A stretch of 62,107 nt of DNA, counting the filler. It is 9 parts of 9 records of this genome, joined end to end, with 100 filler letters (N's around TTAATTAATTAA, not from the genome) between each part and the next. Parts side by side here need not be neighbours in the genome. Positions count along the whole stretch, not along the records: positions 26,489 to 32,705 come from SRR31156797_38030; positions 32,806 to 41,648 come from SRR31156797_38032; 7 more parts are not named here. One strand, given 5' to 3'. The position numbers and the translations under genes are program-made. Of the stretch, positions 26,489 through 36,957 are shown in pieces; position 1 is the first letter of the stretch; each line of letters begins with the position of its first letter. The notes beneath the pieces are model-generated. The model made no database searches. It was not told the DNA's origin and was given only the letters and a program-made list of their open reading frames with translations.

Positions 26489-27442
26489 TTTGTTATTATA
26501 TAGTTGATATTTAGCTCTATGCTCAGCAACTGTTGTAATCGGCATCAGGATATTTGCTCCTGCTTTTAATCCCTTTTCTCTTCCTAAGGGATCAAGCGCC
26601 TGAAGTGCAGTCGTAGCAGCGATATTTACATCTTTCATAACTATTCTCGTTACAGCTATCATTTTAAGCCCTAACTGAACTCTTCTTTGTCTTTCTTCTT
26701 TAGTATTTACAGCTGTTTCTCCCATTGGAGTATCATCTGAGATAATATAAGGCCCCATACCTATCATATCTATATCCATATCTCTATAGAATATTACATC
26801 ATTTGCAAGGTCTTCAACAGTTTGTCCGGGTAAACCGATCATTACACCTGTTCCTACTTGATAACCTATATTTTGTAAATCCTCTAAGCACTGTACTCTT
26901 GCTTTGAAGTCATGATTTTTATCTTTAGGATGAAGTGAATTATAGATTTCTTCGTTTGAAGATTCTATTCTAAGAAGATATCTGTGTGCTCCCGCATCAT
27001 ACCATCTTTTATATGTTTCATAAGTCTGTTCACCAAGAGAGATTGTAATTCCTAAATCACCGATTTTTTTAATCTCTTTAATTATATCCTCTACGAAATC
27101 AATATACTCAGCATCTTGTCTTTCGCCAGATTGAAGAGCTATCGATGCATAACCATTGTCATTTATCCATTTTGCAGTCTCTAAAATATCCTTCTTAGTC
27201 ATATCGAAACGTTCAACACCATGTGCATCTTTTCTAATCCCGCAATATAAGCAGTTTTTTATACATCTGTTACTGAATTCAATTAACCCTCTATAATATA
27301 CGTTTTTACCGATAAACTCTTGCTTTACATTATATGCTTTTTCAAATAACATATCTAATTCATCTTGTGCCTCTATACTTAATAAAGAAACAATATCACT
27401 TTTCGCCAGTTCAGATTTATTCAAAATCTCTTTGATACTCAT
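26489..27442 (-). CDS. hydE: [FeFe]-hydrogenase maturase HydE, radical SAM (3'-truncated)
   Basis: RGLIEFSNRCIKNCLYCGIR, RYLLRIE, MIGMGPYI, ATTAL, GANILMP and the YxxY motif YQLY. Confidence 0.85.
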
Positions 27443-27653
27443 TAATTCCTCCCAAAATCACTCACTAAGTTTTAAATTATTAAACTCATAAGCTTTCTCA
27501 TAATTTATGTTAATTTATTGTCTGCGTTTCATATTTCACAATGTATATAGTTAAAATATTTTTATACTATATTGATAAACTATTATATCAGATTGTTAAT
27601 TTATTTGCAAAAGAATTCTTGAGTTTCAGAGTCAGAATTAATTGATTTGTTCT

Positions 27654-28508
27654 TTAAAGAGTTACAGGCTCTATTGTTGCTTTAATATCACATGGTTTAC
27701 CAAAGTATAGAGAAGATGTCACTAATACAGGAACTCCACTTTTAGCATATTCTTCCAAATTATTCTCATTTATTCCTCCTGCGGCAACTATTGTAACATT
27801 TTTATTTATTCCTTTGACTTCTTTCATGAACTCTTTAATTTCAGCAGCAGGAAATTTATCAAGCTGTACAAAATCAAAGCCCATTTTAACATATTTGATT
27901 CCTTCCTGATATGTTTGAGCTTCTATTCCTATTTTCTTTTCCAAAATTTTTGATCTCATATACTTTAATTTTTGCATAAGTTCCTGATCATTCTCCAGAA
28001 ATTTCAAATGTTGATCAAAAATTAGAATAGTTTCCTGTAAACCCATTCTATGAGGTTGAGCACCTCCGGCTATTACTGCTTTTAATGCCATTTTTTTAGT
28101 TCCAGCAAGGTTTTTTCGTGTAGTTACAACATTAATATTTTCATCTATCACTTTTACTCTATCAACAAATTCTCTCGTTCTTGTTGCCATAGAGGAATAA
28201 CCTTCAAATAACCTCAATAAAGTTTTCCACGCTAGTTGAATTTTATCTGCATCACCTGAAGCTTCAAAAAAAATTGTCTCCTTTTCAACTGCAGTCCCAC
28301 TCCTTAGTATTAATTCTGTTTTTAACCCAAGAAGTGTACATATTCTCTCTGCCTCTTCGGTACAGCATATCACCATTCTGTGTCTTGCTTTATAATTTAT
28401 TTTAGCTTGATACTTATTCAATTCTAATAATTCTGTAGTTAAATCAATGGGGTTTACATCCTCTTCAATTATTCTTTCTAATTCATAATTTGTTATATAG
28501 AATGACAT
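27654..28508 (-). CDS. modD: ModD protein (NadC/QPRTase-like)
   Basis: EEDVxxxDLTT, TTRK, HRMGLQETILIFDQH, VQLDK, AAGGIN and PCDIKA. Confidence 0.85.
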   Translation of the reverse strand: MSFYITNYELERIIEEDVNPIDLTTELLELNKYQAKINYKARHRMVICCTEEAERICTLLGLKTELILRSGTAVEKETIFFEASGDADKIQLAWKTLLRLFEGYSSMATRTREFVDRVKVIDENINVVTTRKNLAGTKKMALKAVIAGGAQPHRMGLQETILIFDQHLKFLENDQELMQKLKYMRSKILEKKIGIEAQTYQEGIKYVKMGFDFVQLDKFPAAEIKEFMKEVKGINKNVTIVAAGGINENNLEEYAKSGVPVLVTSSLYFGKPCDIKATIEPVTL

Positions 28509-28718
28509 ATTAATCCTCTCCTTTATATTATCTCTATTTTGAAAACCAGTTTTATTCTCACGCGCACATTTTTATAGCATATGCTATTTTAACATTTTTG
28601 TTAGCTTATATTAAATATACTGTTTTTCTGCAATCGATCACTTATATATATAGTTAATCTATTTATTGGTTTGTTTCTCTTTGCTTTTTACGGCGTATTA
28701 TAGATAAATTTTAGTTTC

Positions 28719-28818
28719 TTTTTGACTTGTAAATAAATTTACACATAACACAAAAATATAATTCAAATAAAAAAATAAGCTAAGTATATACAGGAATCAG
28801 TATATACTTAGCTTATTT
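28719..28818 (+). repeat. Direct-repeat copy 1, including a bidirectional terminator hairpin (28773-28818)
   Basis: TTTTGACT...ACACAAAAATATA...AGCTAAGTATATAC-AGGAATCA-GTATATACTTAGCT; homologous to 30967-31068. Confidence 0.8.
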
Positions 28819-28831
28819 AATTTTAAGAGGT

Positions 28832-30631
28832 TTAACTATTATCTTTAATTGAAAATAATTTAATTTTATTTTCTTTACCTCGAATCTTTGTTTCTCCGAG
28901 GTACTCCAAATCATGATTATCTAATAAACTTGCTACTTCTTCACTAAACACAAGAGGTCTGCCCACTTCTTTAGTCAGAGATTCTAATCTAGAAGCAGTA
29001 TTAACTGTATCAGAGATCACCGTACTTTCTATTCTTTCATTTTCTCCAATTATTCCCAGCATCGTTTTACCCCGATGTATTCCAATTCCAATTGTAAAAT
29101 CAATTTCATTATTATTCTCCAAACTTGAAATCATTTCCAAAGCCGCATTCACTGCATCTTCAGCCTTTACAGGAAATAAAGCCATTACTGCATCTCCTAT
29201 ATATTTATCAATAAATCCGTTATTTTTTCTAATAATTGGACCCACGACAGCTAAATATTTATTTAATTTATCAAATATCTCCTCCGGGCTTAAATTTTCG
29301 CTAATAGAAGTAAATGAACGAATATCAGCAAACAATATAGTAATCTCTTCTTCCTTTTGATCTCCAAGTCGAATTTCTGTTATAGATTCTTTCGATAGAA
29401 AATTTAAAAACTCTTTTGGAACAAATTTTTCGAACATAATATTTTGCTCAATGATTAATGCAGCCTGTCTATTAAATGTAAGTAAAGGAATTAAACATAA
29501 AAAAAAGAAAAATAATGCAAAACCTATATTCAGAGATGTATCTGCAATTAACTCTCCGAATATATCTTCAAATTGTAAAAAATAGGTCACAGCAATTGAT
29601 ATAAATGCGTATCTAAAATATTGAGCAGGAAACTTCTTTTTAACTTTTATAGTCAAATGAAACCAAATAAAAATATACTCTATTGCAGGATAAAAAAATG
29701 ATATAAATTCACGTGTATCAATAAACTGACCTGTAAAAGTAAAAATAATATTTTGAATCAAAATTAATAAATGAAAAGCAATAAATATATGAAAGTACTT
29801 TCTCCATGAATCAGAAAAATAACTAATATAAAACATAATCAGGATAATTGATAGTAAATCAAATGCAAATATCTCAATCAATTCTTTGCTCAGAGAAGAG
29901 ATTGGAAAAAATGTAACTAGTATATCTGTTGATAAAGCGTGTGAAACTCCTAGTATTACCGCAAATATCGAAAACCACAATAAATAGATTATCTTTTTCT
30001 TTCTATTAAATAGATAAATTAAAATACCTGTAACTCCTATTAAAAATATAATAAAGGCTATTAGAAAGTCACTGGTTTCAGCATGAAAAGTTTGCAAGAT
30101 GAATCTATCCTTATTATTAAGCAAATCCTCACTGTTTGATATATAAATCTCATGTTCATTATAAAGCGTTAATCCCAATTTCAATAATATCTGATCGCCA
30201 GATTTTATTTTATCCAAATAAATAAAAACATATCCTATTTTATTATTTCTTTTTTCCATCGAATAATTTTGCTTTATACCATTTATATAACACTCCAGAC
30301 TATGCCCATGAAGTTTGAGTATAAGATACTTATTATTATCAGAATCATTAAGCTCTTCTATATCAGGATAAGATATTCGCAGCCACATATACTCATGGTC
30401 AAAATAATCTGAATAATCATTGTCTTCTTCTAACTCCCACTCTATATCATTTATTATATTTTCAAAATTCTCAAACGCTGCTTTATTCAGATTAATTTCA
30501 TCAAAAGTTATCAGGTAATCTTCTCTTGTTAAAAGGTAAGCATCTAAGTCATCATCAAATTCAATCGGATAAATTTTTACTATAAAGTTTCCCAGAATAA
30601 AAAATAGCATAATAATATGTATTTTTTTCAT
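28832..30631 (-). CDS. Membrane-bound class III adenylate/guanylate cyclase (extracellular domain + ~7 TM + cyclase)
   Basis: LFADIRSFT, IDKYIGDAVMALF, GIGIHRG, TVISDTVNTASRLE and IRGK. Confidence 0.92.
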   Translation of the reverse strand: MKKIHIIMLFFILGNFIVKIYPIEFDDDLDAYLLTREDYLITFDEINLNKAAFENFENIINDIEWELEEDNDYSDYFDHEYMWLRISYPDIEELNDSDNNKYLILKLHGHSLECYINGIKQNYSMEKRNNKIGYVFIYLDKIKSGDQILLKLGLTLYNEHEIYISNSEDLLNNKDRFILQTFHAETSDFLIAFIIFLIGVTGILIYLFNRKKKIIYLLWFSIFAVILGVSHALSTDILVTFFPISSLSKELIEIFAFDLLSIILIMFYISYFSDSWRKYFHIFIAFHLLILIQNIIFTFTGQFIDTREFISFFYPAIEYIFIWFHLTIKVKKKFPAQYFRYAFISIAVTYFLQFEDIFGELIADTSLNIGFALFFFFLCLIPLLTFNRQAALIIEQNIMFEKFVPKEFLNFLSKESITEIRLGDQKEEEITILFADIRSFTSISENLSPEEIFDKLNKYLAVVGPIIRKNNGFIDKYIGDAVMALFPVKAEDAVNAALEMISSLENNNEIDFTIGIGIHRGKTMLGIIGENERIESTVISDTVNTASRLESLTKEVGRPLVFSEEVASLLDNHDLEYLGETKIRGKENKIKLFSIKDNS

Positions 30632-30815
30632 TTCAACTCTCCTCCATTTTTGCTCTTATTTTATTTTAACTGTATAAATCATGACTTGTCAATTTTAATT
30701 AAGATATGGAACTGTAAAAAATCTATTTTTATACTTAAAATCTGATTTTCCTTCGGATTTATATCATTTTTTTACTACCTCAGTACTATTTTTTTACAAA
30801 ACTTTTAAATTATTC

Positions 30816-30844
30816 TTGTAATTTTTTACAGCGTATGATAAAAT
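30816..30844 (+). promoter_or_regulatory. Sigma70 promoter with an extended -10
   Basis: TTGTAA-N17-TAAAAT with TG-n before the -10. Confidence 0.6.
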
Positions 30845-30910
30845 ACCATTTGTTGGTTAAATAATTACCAATAATACTGTAAGAACGAAAACGAAATGAG
30901 GTATAGACAA

Positions 30911-31027
30911 ATGGAGCAATTGAAATTTTGCTTTGAGTACAAATTCCATAAGTACAAATTGAAGTATTTTGACTCGGGAATAAGTCTATACACAACACAA
31001 AAATATATAATAAACAATCATGAATGA
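30911..31027 (+). CDS. Candidate 38-aa small protein (below the ORF-track cutoff)
   Basis: RBS GAGGT 8 nt upstream. MEQLKFCFEYKFHKYKLKYFDSGISLYTTQKYIINNHE*; the stop abuts a terminator and a promoter lies upstream. Confidence 0.45.
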   Translation: MEQLKFCFEYKFHKYKLKYFDSGISLYTTQKYIINNHE

Positions 31028-31068
31028 CCTAAGTATATACAGGAATTAGTATATACTTAGGTTTTTTT
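30967..31068 (+). repeat. Direct-repeat copy 2, including an intrinsic terminator (31027-31068)
   Basis: ACCTAAGTATATAC-AGGAATTA-GTATATACTTAGGT followed by a T tract; homologous to 28719-28818. Confidence 0.8.
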
Positions 31069-31129
31069 AATTAAAATATTAATATATCTATGATATAAAC
31101 ATACCAAAAAAGTTTTAGGGGGAATTGAT

Positions 31130-31663
31130 ATGAATTACAAAATTGACACTATGATCTCAAAAGAAGATATTGCAGCAAAAGTTAAAGAGTTAGCTGATGC
31201 TATCACTAATGATTATAATGATACTGATGAAATTATCCTTGTAGCCTTACTTAGAGGTTCTGTAGTATTCTTATCTGATCTGGCTAGAGAGATCGGAATT
31301 GATGATGTTAAGCTTGATTTCATGGTAGTATCTAGTTACGGTAACTCAATGGAGAGTTCAAGAGATGTTAAAATTAAAAAAGATATTGAAGATTCAATCG
31401 CAGATAAAAATGTTATTATAGTTGAGGATATCATCGATACAGGATTCACTCTTAGCAAAGTTAGAGAGATTCTAAAATTAAGAGAACCTAAATCACTTAA
31501 GATTTGTACTCTTTTAGACAAACCTGAAAGAAGAGAAGCAGAAGTAGATGTAGATTACGTAGGTTTCACTATCCCTGATGAATTTGTAGTAGGATATGGA
31601 ATCGACTATGCGGAAAAACACAGAAATTTACCTTATGTTGGTAAAGTAACTATATTAGACTAA
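31130..31663 (+). CDS. hpt: Hypoxanthine phosphoribosyltransferase
   Basis: [23 protein letters not shown] and [11 protein letters not shown]. Confidence 0.95.
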   Translation: MNYKIDTMISKEDIAAKVKELADAITNDYNDTDEIILVALLRGSVVFLSDLAREIGIDDVKLDFMVVSSYGNSMESSRDVKIKKDIEDSIADKNVIIVEDIIDTGFTLSKVREILKLREPKSLKICTLLDKPERREAEVDVDYVGFTIPDEFVVGYGIDYAEKHRNLPYVGKVTILD

Positions 31664-31679
31664 TAAAAAAAACAAAAAC

Positions 31680-31730
31680 GTAGGGGCTTGCCGGTGGCAC
31701 GCCCGGGCGAGGCATCGCCATCGCCCCTAC
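31680..31730. repeat. Inverted GTAG-REP doublet (REPIN-like)
   Basis: GTAG-GGGC-TTGCC-GGT-GGCAC-GCCC followed by an inverted GTAG-GGGCGA-TGGCGATGCC-TCGCCC. A GC-rich island in AT-rich DNA. Confidence 0.75.
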
Positions 31731-31757
31731 ACAATCAAATAATAAAGAAATTAATAA

Positions 31758-32705
<948 letters not shown>

Positions 32706-32805
32706 NNNNNNNNNNNNNNNNNNNNNNNNNNNNNNNNNNNNNNNNNNNNTTAATTAATTAANNNNNNNNNNNNNNNNNNNNNNNNNNNNNNNNNNNNNNN
32801 NNNNN
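32706..32805. other. Artificial contig linker
   Basis: 44 N + TTAATTAATTAA + 44 N. Confidence 0.99.
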
Positions 32806-33001
32806 AAATATTCTATATATTTTTTTAAGTCAGAAAGGTTCAGTCTGACTTTGGTCTAAAAAATATTTTATTCTTAAAATAAGTATATTTATGATGAAAA
32901 GTAACTTTATTCGCGCTCTAAATTATACCACAATTTTATAGGCATAGGTAGTTTTGAATATAAGAATCCCCTCTCTTTTCATAAAGAAAGGGGAAGTATG
33001 T

Positions 33002-34594
33002 TTAATTTATTGCTTCATCAGTTTTAGCTATTAAATCTTTAAATTTATCTAATATCCCGGTTATTACATCAAAATACTCATGAATATTGATATTTAATAA
33101 CTCTTTATCCGACTCTTCAAGCCACATATTATCTGTTAAATTCTGCTCAATTACATTTTTTCTATTTTTTATATCATTATAGTGTTCTTCTAATAAAACA
33201 AACTCTGCTTGAATATTTCTTTTTAGATTTTCAAGTAACTGTACTTTATTATCACTAAGTTCAATATTTTTCGTTTTAAACTCATCATAGTTTTTTATTA
33301 AAGCTGGTTTCAGATCATCTTTCACAGTTAATTTTTCATAATCAGCCATATTCTGTGCTTTATTTTTTTCAACTTTTACATTTGAAAATTCATAAGTATA
33401 AATTGCCTCACCAGTTATAGTTTTTATTCCCGTATCCTGATAATTATGATCCCAGGTAGTTGTTACCGTTCTAATATATTCTCTGTGTCCACTGAAAAAC
33501 AGATAATTTCCCAGCTCATCTCTCAGGTGTACGTCTCCTTTTGTTTCAATTACTTTAGCACCATTTATATCTAAAAATAAAGGGTGTCCCTCTTGATCTA
33601 TTTCCTGAATTTTGAAGATATCTTCAAAAACTTCATTCCAAGATTCAAATAAAAGATTCATCTGTTCCTGTTTTCCGTTTTCTCTGCCACATATATTTTT
33701 CACTATTATTTCTCTGATCTCATCCATGTTCATTGGATCATTCCAGTAGATATTCTCCAGCAGAATCAAGTCATCTAATGTTATTTCTGACTTACCATTA
33801 GAATAAGCAGCTACTTTTAGGAATTTTATTGATTTAACAAATTTCCTGTCTGAAATAATTTCATTAATTTCATTTTCCGAATCATAAAACTCTCTCTCAA
33901 TATCTTGTTTGATATTCACCAGCGCTTTGGCTATCTCTTCATCTATTTTTATATCTTTTGCCCTTTCGAGTATTATTTCCAGTTCATCTATATCCAATTT
34001 CAATTCTTGAGCTAACTCTACTTCCTCTTCATCTATATATACAAGAGATAATGGGTTATCCACATAATCAATCACTATTCTCGTTAAAAACCTGTCATAG
34101 AGCGCCAGTAACTCCGTGTCGCCTATAGGCAGTTCATTTGAGGCAGCTATTATTGATCTCAGTTTACTCTTCTCCAACTCAGCACCATTATGATATATTC
34201 GCTCGTTTAAAATTGTTAATAGGGAATTAAGTATCGAAGAGTTAGCTTTAAATATCTCATCTAAAAATACTATATAAGATTTAGGAATATAACCGTCAGT
34301 TTGTCTTTTAAATATATCATTTTCCAGATTTTTAATTGATATCGGACCAAATATCTCTTCAGGAGTTGTAAATTTAGTTAATAAATATTCGAAATATTTT
34401 TCCCCGTCTATTATACTCGAAACTCTTCTAGAAATCTCACTTTTAGCTGTTCCCGGAGGCCCTATTAAGATCAAATTTTCACCTGATAATATCGTAAGAA
34501 CTGCTAATTTAATATGTTTTTCTCTCTGAATTAAGCCTTTATTTAAATCTTCTAATATCTTTTCTATTCTATTTTTTAACTTCACAATCTTCAC
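33002..34594 (-). CDS. RavA-like MoxR AAA+ ATPase
   Basis: GPPGTAKS, YLLTKFTTPEEIFGP, FLDEIFKANSSILNSLL, ASNELP, ALYDRF and ISDRK. Confidence 0.85.
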   Translation of the reverse strand: MKIVKLKNRIEKILEDLNKGLIQREKHIKLAVLTILSGENLILIGPPGTAKSEISRRVSSIIDGEKYFEYLLTKFTTPEEIFGPISIKNLENDIFKRQTDGYIPKSYIVFLDEIFKANSSILNSLLTILNERIYHNGAELEKSKLRSIIAASNELPIGDTELLALYDRFLTRIVIDYVDNPLSLVYIDEEEVELAQELKLDIDELEIILERAKDIKIDEEIAKALVNIKQDIEREFYDSENEINEIISDRKFVKSIKFLKVAAYSNGKSEITLDDLILLENIYWNDPMNMDEIREIIVKNICGRENGKQEQMNLLFESWNEVFEDIFKIQEIDQEGHPLFLDINGAKVIETKGDVHLRDELGNYLFFSGHREYIRTVTTTWDHNYQDTGIKTITGEAIYTYEFSNVKVEKNKAQNMADYEKLTVKDDLKPALIKNYDEFKTKNIELSDNKVQLLENLKRNIQAEFVLLEEHYNDIKNRKNVIEQNLTDNMWLEESDKELLNINIHEYFDVITGILDKFKDLIAKTDEAIN

Positions 34595-34814
34595 GTCCTA
34601 TCATTTTTCACTTTATATAACTCTAAGAGAATTATATCATATTTGTAATAGCTATAACAATAATATCTGTTTATGATTTCTTCTTACTCCTTGACAAAAT
34701 TATTTTCGCGAGGTATACTTTGTTTAGAAAAAGAAATTTATTTTATTTTTTCTTTTTCTAAAAAGAAAAAACTTGAATCGACCTACTTAGCTAATTTAAG
34801 GGGGATGAATTAAA

Positions 34815-35459
34815 ATGGGGATAAGAAACACACTTAGTCTTAGTAAAGGTGAAAAACAGTATTTATGCCGAATTGATGATTACAAAGAGGAAGATGAAAA
34901 AATTAAATTACAAATTTTTGGAGGAGATTCTGTAAGATACTGTTCGATTCACCAATATGATATGATCAAACTTGAAGTTCCTATGCATGGTAATATCTGT
35001 GAAATGGAGTGTAAAGTACTTTATATAGACAAAGTTGAACATAAGCTAATTATTGAAAAACCTCAAAAAGCTGTTAAAATCAACAGAAGAAAAAATAAAA
35101 GAGTCGAAATACATATGGATATGAAAATCACATCGGGAACTAAAGAGATTAAAGAAAATGAATGTTTAATGGGAAATAAGAAAACAAATGCTGTTGCCTT
35201 TGATGTAAGTATCGGTGGTATAGGAATTTTTTCCTCTCACAAATTTAAAGAAGGAGATGAATTAATTTTCAACTTCTCTCTTCCGGATGGTAAAGTTTTA
35301 AACGACGTTATTGGAGAGGTTAAATCAATAAGAAAAAGTGATTTTGAGTTTATTTTAAAATATGGAATAAGTTTCAAATCATTAAATGCTGAGCAAAATG
35401 AATATTTAAAAGATTTTCTTGATCACTATATTGATGGCTCAGAAGATAATATACAATAA
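34815..35459 (+). CDS. PilZ-domain protein (YcgR/DgrA flagellar-brake-like)
   Basis: RRKNKR (RxxxR) and DVSIGG (DxSxxG) c-di-GMP motifs after an N-terminal beta domain. Confidence 0.85.
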   Translation: MGIRNTLSLSKGEKQYLCRIDDYKEEDEKIKLQIFGGDSVRYCSIHQYDMIKLEVPMHGNICEMECKVLYIDKVEHKLIIEKPQKAVKINRRKNKRVEIHMDMKITSGTKEIKENECLMGNKKTNAVAFDVSIGGIGIFSSHKFKEGDELIFNFSLPDGKVLNDVIGEVKSIRKSDFEFILKYGISFKSLNAEQNEYLKDFLDHYIDGSEDNIQ

Positions 35460-35491
35460 AAGCTTTATATATCAAAATCAAATTATTTTTT

Positions 35492-35518
35492 AAAAGGCAT
35501 TTTTTATGCCTTTTTTTT
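35492..35518 (+). terminator. Intrinsic terminator
   Basis: AAAAGGCAT-TTTTT-ATGCCTTTT followed by a T run. Confidence 0.75.
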
Positions 35519-35666
35519 ATTAATTATCTATTTCTATACCAAATTAGTCAAAAATATGTTTTTTCATATTTTTCTAATTTTTTCGCATTTCAGTAACATA
35601 AGTTACCAATTTAAAAAAATAATATGTTATAATAGCATATGACATATATCATTTAGGAGGGATTTT

Positions 35667-36146
35667 ATGACTACGGGAATATTTTTTTATATTGTTGCAT
35701 TAATTTTACTTAGTATCTCATTTTTTAAAGATAAAAAGAAAACTAAAAAAGCTTTAAAAAAGGCTTACAAATCATTTATGAATCTGGTGCCGGCACTATT
35801 ACCAATGGTTTTAATTGTTGGGATTGTCCTCACATTCATTACACCGCAGACTATCAGTCAGATATTAGGGAAAGATGCAGGGATTTTAGGTGTTGTACTT
35901 GGGCTTACTATTGGTTCATTCTCATTTATTCCGGGATTTGTAGCATTTCCATTAGGTGGTACTCTATTGCAAAATGGTGCAGGATACCCACAAGTTGCCG
36001 CATTTTTATCCTCAGCAATGGCTGTTGGTGTAGCAAGTTTAGCAGTTGAGATCAAATATTTTGATAAAAAACTGGCAATTATGAGAAATTCAATGGCTTT
36101 AGTAGCCTCACTACTATTTGCTTTTATTATATGGGCGGTGATGTAA
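35667..36146 (+). CDS. Permease, DUF318/ArsP-like, subunit 1
   Basis: Hydrophobic; IPGFVAFPL...LLQNGAG...AAFL...EIKYF. Confidence 0.72.
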   Translation: MTTGIFFYIVALILLSISFFKDKKKTKKALKKAYKSFMNLVPALLPMVLIVGIVLTFITPQTISQILGKDAGILGVVLGLTIGSFSFIPGFVAFPLGGTLLQNGAGYPQVAAFLSSAMAVGVASLAVEIKYFDKKLAIMRNSMALVASLLFAFIIWAVM

Positions 36147-36683
36147 ATGAATTTTATTAAAAAATATCGGACAACACTTGTTTTTTTATTAATAACTTTA
36201 ATTATAATGATCTATCAATTTGATTCGGGAATAAATATACTCAAAGTAGCAGGAAATAATCTGAAAACTATGATGTTTCTTATTCCGCCAATTTTTGTTT
36301 TTATTGGCTTAATAGATGTATGGGTTCCCAGAGAAGTTATGATTAAACACATGGGAGAAGATTCAGGTATGAAGGGTTTATTCTATTCTTTTTTAATGGG
36401 TACAATCGCTGTAGGCCCTCTGTATGCAGCTTTTCCAATTGCAGGTTTATTACTTAAAAAAGGGGTGAGATATGCAAATGTAATATTTTTCCTCTGTATG
36501 TGGATGTCATCGAAGCTTCCACTAGTATTAATAGAAACAGGAGCGATGGGTATAAAATTTACAGCGATTCATGTTGTATTTATGGTCTCAGTATATTTAA
36601 TAGGGGCATTTATTATAGAGAAAGCTCTTAGTCATGAGGAGAAAAAAGTTATCCTAAAAAATATTAAAAGAATGGAAAATTAA
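36147..36683 (+). CDS. Permease, DUF318/ArsP-like, subunit 2
   Basis: IPPIFVFIGLIDVWVP, GPLYAAFPIA and KLP; TAA-ATG junction with the upstream gene. Confidence 0.72.
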   Translation: MNFIKKYRTTLVFLLITLIIMIYQFDSGINILKVAGNNLKTMMFLIPPIFVFIGLIDVWVPREVMIKHMGEDSGMKGLFYSFLMGTIAVGPLYAAFPIAGLLLKKGVRYANVIFFLCMWMSSKLPLVLIETGAMGIKFTAIHVVFMVSVYLIGAFIIEKALSHEEKKVILKNIKRMEN

Positions 36684-36700
36684 AAAAATTTACTATTAAA

Positions 36701-36741
36701 AAAATCGCCTGTTTGATATATTTATCAAAGGCGATTTTTTT
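36701..36741 (+). terminator. Intrinsic terminator of the permease pair
   Basis: AAAATCGCCT...AGGCGATTTT followed by a T run. Confidence 0.75.
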
Positions 36742-36745
36742 CTTT

Positions 36746-36775
36746 TCTGACAAAATCTAACAAAATCTGACAAAA
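36746..36775 (+). repeat. Three tandem 10-bp repeats TCT(G/A)ACAAAA
   Basis: TCTGACAAAA TCTAACAAAA TCTGACAAAA. Confidence 0.7.
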
Positions 36776-36951
36776 AATGAGTAAACTTCCCGGGGTTAGG
36801 GGAAGTTTACTGATAGTGTGTGTATGGTAGAGTCCCAAAAGGGGAAAGAATTTTGGGGGTTAGGGATATTCATCTCCTTACGTCGATACATATCTTAACA
36901 TGAAAACTAATTTGGGGAAAAAATTTTCAACAATAATGTATCAACTCTCTT
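36772..36951 (-). ncRNA. Candidate trans-acting sRNA (~180 nt) with C-rich loops
   Basis: Has its own promoter, four hairpins (three with CCCC-containing loops) and a 12-bp terminator stem plus U tract; no credible ORF. Confidence 0.6.
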
Positions 36952-36957
36952 AGTAAT

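Noticed and set aside
28647-28665. ModE-like box TATATA-N7-TATTTA upstream of modD
   Set aside because: It lacks the flanking CG bases and lies in very AT-rich DNA, where such matches arise by chance.
28719-31068. Integron attC sites or a CRISPR array around the cyclase
   Set aside because: There are only two copies, 2.2 kb apart, with no RYYYAAC/GTTRRRY pair, no spacers and no integrase or cas gene.
30845-31068. Purine riboswitch upstream of hpt-purA
   Set aside because: The conserved purine-riboswitch core (TATAAT...ATATGG...GTTTCTACC...CCGTAAA) is absent.
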